Origin: a virus
Lineage: Duplodnaviria > Caudoviricetes
Length of the DNA: 27,834 bases
Direction: 5' to 3' (one strand)
Virus record (IMG/VR): IMGVR_UViG_3300017784_007158
Span: 1-27,834 of that record
Each line of letters starts with the position of its first letter. Positions within the stretch are counted from its first letter, which is position 1. Of the stretch, positions 22,408 through 27,834 are shown piece after piece. The translations under genes and the position numbers were made by a program. The notes below the pieces were generated by a model. That model saw only the letters and a list, made by a program, of their open reading frames with translations, was not told the origin of the DNA and ran no database searches.

Positions 22408-24972
22408 TTATTGCCCTCTAAGACGTTTAAGTTGATCTTCAATTGCTTTTGGACTTCCTGGAGCAACTGCAGGTCTAGAAGTAGTTGATGTACCCGGAGT
22501 AGTGGATGCACCCGATTGCATAATATCTCCCAATAAGGATGGACCATATTCAGATGGAGGTGTATTAAATTCTGGTCTTGGTCCCTCATTTGGGTTTATA
22601 CCAGAAAGCAAAGAAGGAGGAGGAGAAGAACGTTGCATTTCATACTCTCTTTGTTGTCTTTCATCCTCTGCTGTTTGTAATTTAGTTTGTTTTTCAGCTT
22701 CTGCTTTTTGTTTTTGAGCCTCTAATCTTTTTGATCTAGTTGTTTCTGCTTCTCTACGTGCTTTCTGTCTAATAAGATTTGCTCGATTATTTATAGTATC
22801 TTGAACTAAGTTGGGAGAAGTATTCTCTAGGTCTGGGTCATTAGTTTTATATCCTCCAACTACATTTACATCACCAAATTCCTCTTGTGGTATAGTTACA
22901 AGACTTTCATCTCCTAATGGATATCCTGTTTGACTTCCATATAATTTATTTGATATTTTTCCACTTGCCATATCTAAATCTTTTTGATATTCTGGATTTA
23001 TTTTACCATTTACAAACATAGCATCAGCTTCTTGTCTTTTTGCTTTTTCTTCTGCTCTACCAGCAGCATATGCAGCATCACCTACACCTGTTCTAGTTGG
23101 TAAGAATGGTTGTTTTTCTGGTATCTGTTGAGTATTATTCAACATAAAGCTATCTGGTTTTGGTGGACCCATTTCTTCAGGTTCAGCATTTGGTATTCCA
23201 GTACTATACTTTTCTAAATCTGATTTAAATGTAGTATCTCTAGCAACCATATTTGCATAATCATCATCATTACCCGTTGGAGTTGGTAAGAATGGTTTTT
23301 TAGCTGGTCTCTGTTCAGTACCACCTAACATAAATGGTACCTTTGGTTTTGGTGGACCCATTTTACTAGGATCCATTTCAGCGGGATCAACATAGCCTAG
23401 AGATGGTATTCTGGTACTATTCTTTTCTAGAGAAGCTTTAAGTGCAGTTGCTTTACCTGCGGCTATTTTAGCTTTATCTCCAGCTGCTAGTGCTCTACCT
23501 TCTGCTTCAAGTCTATCTCTTTTACTATTTTCAGCATTAATTTGAGCCATTACCTGTGGCATCACAGAAGCTTTATCCTTAGCAATTTGTTGTGCTCTAA
23601 TTGTTGGATTATTATCAAAATCACTTTTTTCTTGAGCAGATATGTCAGCCTGACGTGTAAGTCTACCAGCTTCAGCTGCTCGTGCCTCACTAGCATTTCT
23701 TTGCAGGTTTATCATACTATCGGTTGACCCAGCAAGATCTCTGGCTTCTGCTGAACTATATCTTCCACCCATAGCTCCAGCTTGTTTAATTACTAACGAA
23801 CTGTCATCTTTACTTGTGGCATCATAATCTCTACCAGTATTTGCCTTAAACTGACCATAAGTCATATTGGTACCTTGAATCTTAACACCCTGCATTTTTT
23901 CATAACGAGCAGCAGCCTGTTGTGCTTTATATGCAATATTATCTTTTTCTCTTTGTGCGACATCTCTTTGAGTAGCGTCTCTAGATACATCAAATGTTGA
24001 TTCGGTATCAGCATCAAAATATGCTTTACTTCTAGCTGTAGCTGTAGTCCGGGCAGCTGCGTCTTGTGCAGCTTCTTCTGGAGTTTTCTTTGCAGCAGCA
24101 AGAGCAGCAATATCATCTTCCATTTGAAAACTACTAATGTTACTAGAAAGCTCTGGAGAAAGAACATTTTTACCTTGTAGTGTTGCAACTTTACTTTTGA
24201 CTTTATTTTCAAAGCCAGCTCTTGCTGTCGAAAGAGATCCACCTTTCATCATTATCTTTGCTAATGCTAGTTCACCAGCATCTTTAGCACTTAATGTGGA
24301 AGGATCTTGTTTTGAAGTTCTGTCAATAACAGCAGCTATTCTTTCTGATTGTCTTGTATCATCATTATCTGTTCTAAACTTTGTTAACTTTTGTCTATTT
24401 TCTGCTGTATCATCTGCAATACCATCAGTCATTGGTAAAGAACTACTAGGATTTGCAGTATTATAGGCTAGTGTTTCATCTTCTTTTGTTCGTCGTACGT
24501 TGGTTGCACGTTGAGCTGTACGTGCTGTTTCTTCGTCTTCACGTTTTTTTACATTAGCAGCATACAGCTCAGGATTTTCATCTTTCCATGAACCCTTTCC
24601 ACTATTTGATCTACGGTTAAGACTACCTGGAGATGCACCGCCACCCAAAGATCCACTAAATGAAGGTGCTTCTCTTAAGTTAAATAAATTTGATGTGATG
24701 TTAGGAGAAGAGCCAACATTTCTTGGAGTTGCACTTTTAATAGAACTTTCATTCAAAGAAATGAGTGGCAATACACTATTTCTTATTTCATCTGAAATAT
24801 GGGGTTGTACCACGTCTTTATCAACATAAAAAGGAGAATTTAATGACATAATTTTTGTAATGTCTTCTTTTAATGTTGATGCACGTTTAACAGAATTGAT
24901 GTCCGGATTCTTTGTTTTGATTAAAAAATCCTTGACTTCCCAATAAAATAGTCTATCTTGTTTATTATCCAT
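22408..24972 (-). CDS. Large Ala-rich helical/disordered late protein (854 aa); candidate internal/ejection protein
   Basis: TCTAAATA 10 nt upstream; TLKE, SLNE, NLRE|A sites in first ~100 aa; internal ~30-aa repeat. Confidence 0.75.
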   Translation of the reverse strand: MDNKQDRLFYWEVKDFLIKTKNPDINSVKRASTLKEDITKIMSLNSPFYVDKDVVQPHISDEIRNSVLPLISLNESSIKSATPRNVGSSPNITSNLFNLREAPSFSGSLGGGASPGSLNRRSNSGKGSWKDENPELYAANVKKREDEETARTAQRATNVRRTKEDETLAYNTANPSSSLPMTDGIADDTAENRQKLTKFRTDNDDTRQSERIAAVIDRTSKQDPSTLSAKDAGELALAKIMMKGGSLSTARAGFENKVKSKVATLQGKNVLSPELSSNISSFQMEDDIAALAAAKKTPEEAAQDAAARTTATARSKAYFDADTESTFDVSRDATQRDVAQREKDNIAYKAQQAAARYEKMQGVKIQGTNMTYGQFKANTGRDYDATSKDDSSLVIKQAGAMGGRYSSAEARDLAGSTDSMINLQRNASEARAAEAGRLTRQADISAQEKSDFDNNPTIRAQQIAKDKASVMPQVMAQINAENSKRDRLEAEGRALAAGDKAKIAAGKATALKASLEKNSTRIPSLGYVDPAEMDPSKMGPPKPKVPFMLGGTEQRPAKKPFLPTPTGNDDDYANMVARDTTFKSDLEKYSTGIPNAEPEEMGPPKPDSFMLNNTQQIPEKQPFLPTRTGVGDAAYAAGRAEEKAKRQEADAMFVNGKINPEYQKDLDMASGKISNKLYGSQTGYPLGDESLVTIPQEEFGDVNVVGGYKTNDPDLENTSPNLVQDTINNRANLIRQKARREAETTRSKRLEAQKQKAEAEKQTKLQTAEDERQQREYEMQRSSPPPSLLSGINPNEGPRPEFNTPPSEYGPSLLGDIMQSGASTTPGTSTTSRPAVAPGSPKAIEDQLKRLRGQ

Positions 24973-24982
24973 GGCTATGAAA

Positions 24983-25002
24983 TATTTAGATTTCTATAAA
25001 TA
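24983..25002. promoter_or_regulatory. Back-to-back divergent late promoters
   Basis: TCTAAATA on minus (24983-24990) and TATAAATA on plus (24995-25002), each 10 nt from an ATG. Confidence 0.7.
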
Positions 25003-25012
25003 CTTAAAAGGT

Positions 25013-25501
25013 ATGAATAAACAGGTTCTCTTGTTAAACCAAGATAGTACACCCCTTAATATCATTACCATTAGTAAAGCCTTTAAATTGATGAGCCGAG
25101 ATAAAGTTTGGGGTGATTCCTCAGATGAATTTATTGAAGTAGTCTCTATATCTAAGACTATAAAAATTCCCAAAATTTTAATTTTAAAGTATTATGTAAA
25201 ATTACCTTATAAAAAGGCTGCTGCATCTAGGCAAAATATTTTAAAAAGAGATCAGTATTGCTGTCAATATTGTGGAAAAGAGATGAATAACAAAGATGCT
25301 ACTATTGACCACATTATACCTACTTCTAAAGGTGGAGCATCTTCTTGGGTGAATATGGTAGCATCATGTAGAGAGTGTAATTTGTTTAAAGGAAGTAAAA
25401 CTCCAAAAGAAGCACAAATGGTTTTAAAAAATAGACCAAAAGAACCTTCTTATGGATTCTTGTTTGAATCTATGCTAATTACCTTTAGAAAGAAAAAATA
25501 A
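25013..25501 (+). CDS. HNH endonuclease, McrA-like family (start moved to ATG 25013)
   Basis: VLLLN, RDQYCCQYCG, TIDHIIPTSKGG, W.NMVASCRECNLFKG. Confidence 0.92.
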   Translation: MNKQVLLLNQDSTPLNIITISKAFKLMSRDKVWGDSSDEFIEVVSISKTIKIPKILILKYYVKLPYKKAAASRQNILKRDQYCCQYCGKEMNNKDATIDHIIPTSKGGASSWVNMVASCRECNLFKGSKTPKEAQMVLKNRPKEPSYGFLFESMLITFRKKK

Positions 25502-25806
25502 TGCCCAATTATGCTTTTAAGTGTGAAAATTGTGATCATGGATTTGATGAAATGTTAAATTTATCAGATAGAGACATTCCATTGACACAACCATGTCCAG
25601 AATGCAAAAAGAAAAAGGTTTTTAGAAATTGGGGTGAAAGCAAGCCAATATTAATGGCAGATGCTACACTTACTCCTACAAAAGCTATGGGTAGTCAATT
25701 CAAAGAAGTTATTGATAAGATTAAATCCAGTGGTCAGGTTCCAAAAAGATTCCATGAAAAATTGGACAACAGTCTAAATTCTAATGCTGTTAGAAGACTT
25801 CGTTAA
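25501..25806 (+). CDS. FmdB-family zinc-ribbon protein
   Basis: MPNYAFKCENCDHGF..PCPEC; TAATG overlap with HNH stop. Confidence 0.88.
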   Translation: MPNYAFKCENCDHGFDEMLNLSDRDIPLTQPCPECKKKKVFRNWGESKPILMADATLTPTKAMGSQFKEVIDKIKSSGQVPKRFHEKLDNSLNSNAVRRLR

Positions 25807-26342
25807 TTTTTAGATTCTATCAAAGCCTTTAAAACATAATAACTGTCAATAACATCTGTAACAGGATTACTTAAAGTTTTCTGACCAAACATTGATTTCA
25901 AATCAGTGTTTGTTTCTTTGCTGAAGGTCTCATACATTACCTGTTTATCAGCGTTACCTTTGCCTGTAGCGCATTTCTTGACCTTGGCTGGCTCTACGAT
26001 GGTTACAGGAATGGCGTGCTTATAGAGCTTGTATTTGAGAAGACCCATGTTCTCGGCTAAATTGAATACTCTACCTTTAGCACCATAGGCATAACCTTCC
26101 ATACCAACATCAGCAGCACCAATACAAAGATTGGTTGCCCATTCTGATATTGTGTCAAACCGATCTACATCTTGTATATATTCTTGAAATGATTCACCAG
26201 TAATATTTGGTGCAATCTTATCAGCATATTTTTTAATATTGGTGAGATAATAGAAAAAACAATTATCAAACTTAAATGACTTGCGTTCATCGAATAAACA
26301 TAAACAAGGACAAGTTATTGAATAATCGATTCCTATTAACAT
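25803..26342 (-). CDS. RuvC-like Holliday junction resolvase (start 26342 or 26351)
   Basis: IGIDYS, MEGYAYG, LAEN.GLLK, VKK.ATGKGNADK, DVIDSYY. Confidence 0.85.
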   Translation of the reverse strand: MLIGIDYSITCPCLCLFDERKSFKFDNCFFYYLTNIKKYADKIAPNITGESFQEYIQDVDRFDTISEWATNLCIGAADVGMEGYAYGAKGRVFNLAENMGLLKYKLYKHAIPVTIVEPAKVKKCATGKGNADKQVMYETFSKETNTDLKSMFGQKTLSNPVTDVIDSYYVLKALIESKN

Positions 26343-26354
26343 GGTATACATATA

Positions 26355-26362
26355 TATTTATA
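26355..26362 (-). promoter_or_regulatory. T4-type late promoter
   Basis: TATAAATA upstream of the resolvase gene. Confidence 0.7.
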
Positions 26363-26366
26363 CCTC

Positions 26367-26454
26367 GGTCAGAGATGATGGTTCCTTAGTAATACGATGG
26401 AGTATACTTCGAATGGCTCCAAAAGGATTACGAGGATTAACCATCACCTCTGCC
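26367..26454 (-). ncRNA. Candidate ~88-nt rod-shaped structured RNA
   Basis: Nested helices CAGAGGUGAUGGUU/AACCAUCAUCUCUG, CCU/AGG, GUAAU/AUUAC, UGGAG/CUCCA; begins 5 nt after TATAAATA. Confidence 0.55.
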
Positions 26455-26459
26455 TAAAA

Positions 26460-26467
26460 TATTTATA
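26460..26467 (-). promoter_or_regulatory. T4-type late promoter
   Basis: TATAAATA-TTTTA-GGCAGAG, directly after a terminator. Confidence 0.7.
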
Positions 26468-26469
26468 AT

Positions 26470-26491
26470 AAAAAATCCCCTTACGGGGATT
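26470..26491 (-). terminator. Intrinsic terminator after nrdJ-tRNA-Asn
   Basis: Minus strand AATCCCC-GTAA-GGGGATT followed by a T run. Confidence 0.85.
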
Positions 26492-26511
26492 AATTATTAC
26501 AGATTTTTAAA

Positions 26512-26585
26512 CTCCTCGGGCTGGACTCGAACCAGCGACATGAAAGTTAACAGCTTTCCGCTACTACCAACTGAGCTACCGAAGA
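26512..26585 (-). tRNA. trnN: tRNA-Asn(GTT)
   Basis: Acceptor TCTTCGG/CCGAGGA, anticodon arm GAAAG-CTGTTAA-CTTTC, T arm GCTGG-TTCGAGT-CCAGC; no CCA. Confidence 0.92.
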
Positions 26586-26592
26586 ACGTGAT

Positions 26593-27834
26593 TTATACTA
26601 TCTGACACCCACCTGCACTACAGGCAAACTCCTTACCAACTTCTGTATTATCTTCTGACTCATACTTCATGAGATCATTGAAGTTAACCTTGACCTTTGG
26701 ATGTGCTGCATATGTTGCAGAATCAATTTGCTCAAATGGTGCCTGAGCATATGTATGATTATCACCACCTGGTAAGAATGCAATACCGGTTGCCATATCA
26801 AAGTTCTCCCACAACCAATTACCTACTTCAAGGAATTCACTATCCTTATAGTTGACGGTAACAGAAGGTTTGTGATGACAGTAATGTTCTTGATATGTTT
26901 TCCACAGATCAAGATGATCAAGTGCACGAAGATCTTCTGTAGTAACAGTACCACGAGGAGCCTTCATTGCAAAAGTAAATACGGCAGTAGAAGTTGGGTT
27001 TATCACATCATCCTCGCACGGGACTCCTTGATCCTTCATCAAGTTATACAAAGGATCTTTCTTGTCCAACCGTATTCTGCGGAAATAATAATCCGCATAG
27101 CGTGGATGTAAACCCGAAGCGGAATCCACCAAGCAAGAAGTAGTGCCTTCTGGCTTGACGCAAGTGATTGACTTGCTAGGATTAATACCCAACTTCTCTG
27201 CCCATTTGAGATTTGTAGCCGTTGCATGGTCACGCAAATTCTCAAGAAGTCGAACTAGTTTTGGCTTACCTTCAAGACCACTGGTAAGTTTATTATCAAA
27301 AATTCCTGTCATGGAAACACCAAGCAATCTTTCCTCTTCACAGTTCTTCTTCCACTCAGGACGAAGATAAGGAAATTTCACAAAAGTAGACTGCACAGTC
27401 CCAATAATAGTGGCAATTTCAATCTTCTTCTTTAGGCTTGCGGAAGTATCGTCTATACGAACCACGACTGTTGAAAGATTGCAAAATTCAAAGGGTCTTA
27501 GAATAATTTCTGCGCAAGGATTAGTACCATATTCACAGTTTTCATCTCGTCCCCACTTCGCTGCTTGCTCTTGTAGAGCCCTACGATTGATCATGCCGCG
27601 TTCTCCGCTGTGGGAGTTGTACAGAGAGGTCCACTCCTCAAGAAACTGTCCCATGGGGGGTCTTCCGCGATACACGGCTGAGTTATTGGCGTAAGACCGG
27701 AATCCGGCTTGTTCCCACCATGCACCACTCTTGCACATGGCAATTTCACGGTCTCCCAGGTCACTGAGAGAAATCATAGCAGATCTACGGACTCCACCTA
27801 CGATTACAGCATTTGCAATGGCACAGCATGTGTC
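26593..27834 (-). CDS. nrdJ: Class II (adenosylcobalamin-dependent) ribonucleotide reductase, 5'-truncated by window
   Basis: Frame open to window edge (DTCCAIANAVIVGGVRRSAMISL); TNPCAEI, FCNL, ITCVKPEGT, HKPSVTV, C-terminal CSAGGC without a Tyr-Tyr pair. Confidence 0.92.
   Translation of the reverse strand, partial: DTCCAIANAVIVGGVRRSAMISLSDLGDREIAMCKSGAWWEQAGFRSYANNSAVYRGRPPMGQFLEEWTSLYNSHSGERGMINRRALQEQAAKWGRDENCEYGTNPCAEIILRPFEFCNLSTVVVRIDDTSASLKKKIEIATIIGTVQSTFVKFPYLRPEWKKNCEEERLLGVSMTGIFDNKLTSGLEGKPKLVRLLENLRDHATATNLKWAEKLGINPSKSITCVKPEGTTSCLVDSASGLHPRYADYYFRRIRLDKKDPLYNLMKDQGVPCEDDVINPTSTAVFTFAMKAPRGTVTTEDLRALDHLDLWKTYQEHYCHHKPSVTVNYKDSEFLEVGNWLWENFDMATGIAFLPGGDNHTYAQAPFEQIDSATYAAHPKVKVNFNDLMKYESEDNTEVGKEFACSAGGCQIV

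Noticed and set aside
25013-25501. HNH as an intron-encoded homing endonuclease
   Set aside because: Free-standing with own late promoter and coupled to FmdB; no interrupted host gene or intron structure seen.
26367-26454. SRP (4.5S) RNA, tRNA or type I toxin mRNA
   Set aside because: No GGAA-capped SRP helix, no cloverleaf, and the embedded peptide is not hydrophobic; kept only as an unclassified candidate.
196-27694. Shadow ORFs in the track (196..459, 1298..1543, 3619..3846, 4389..4838, 6837..7025, 8623..8820, 8996..9226, 10414..10614, 16085..16814, 18074..18256, 21354..21536, 22398..22717, 23542..24466, 26872..27694)
   Set aside because: Antisense or off-frame to better-supported genes, with no promoter, SD or recognisable motif.
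1-27834. Genome-wide TAG recoding (code 15)
   Set aside because: TAG stops are absent from checked genes, but 545-854 aa ORFs are uninterrupted in the standard code and no suppressor tRNA is present; TAG is rare in AT-rich phages anyway.

Overview
AT-rich, densely coding segment of a large T4-like (myovirus-type) bacteriophage genome. Evidence: repeated T4-type late-promoter boxes (nnTAAATA), four tRNAs (Glu, Gln, Tyr, Asn), a class II ribonucleotide reductase, a RuvC-like resolvase, a PD-(D/E)XK exonuclease, HNH, FmdB and GroES-like genes. Two host-like genes, a PAP-type PEP-CTERM surface protein and a trypsin-like protease with a DxNxDGxVDGADL dockerin-like tail, suggest a Planctomycete (Phycisphaerae-like) host (inference). 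The main signal is about a dozen minus-strand, mostly late-promoter genes that begin with T4 internal-protein-like capsid-targeting leaders and carry repeated (L/I)-x-E prohead-protease-like sites at module boundaries. They include a Pol-beta-type nucleotidyltransferase, an HNH module and a shared 20-aa YGGFP peptide, and look like a packaged and injected polyprotein arsenal. Also seen: pervasive leaderless gene starts, a late-promoter-driven ~88-nt hairpin RNA candidate, and small Rmf-like and bS20-like proteins. All calls are by eye; no searches were run.
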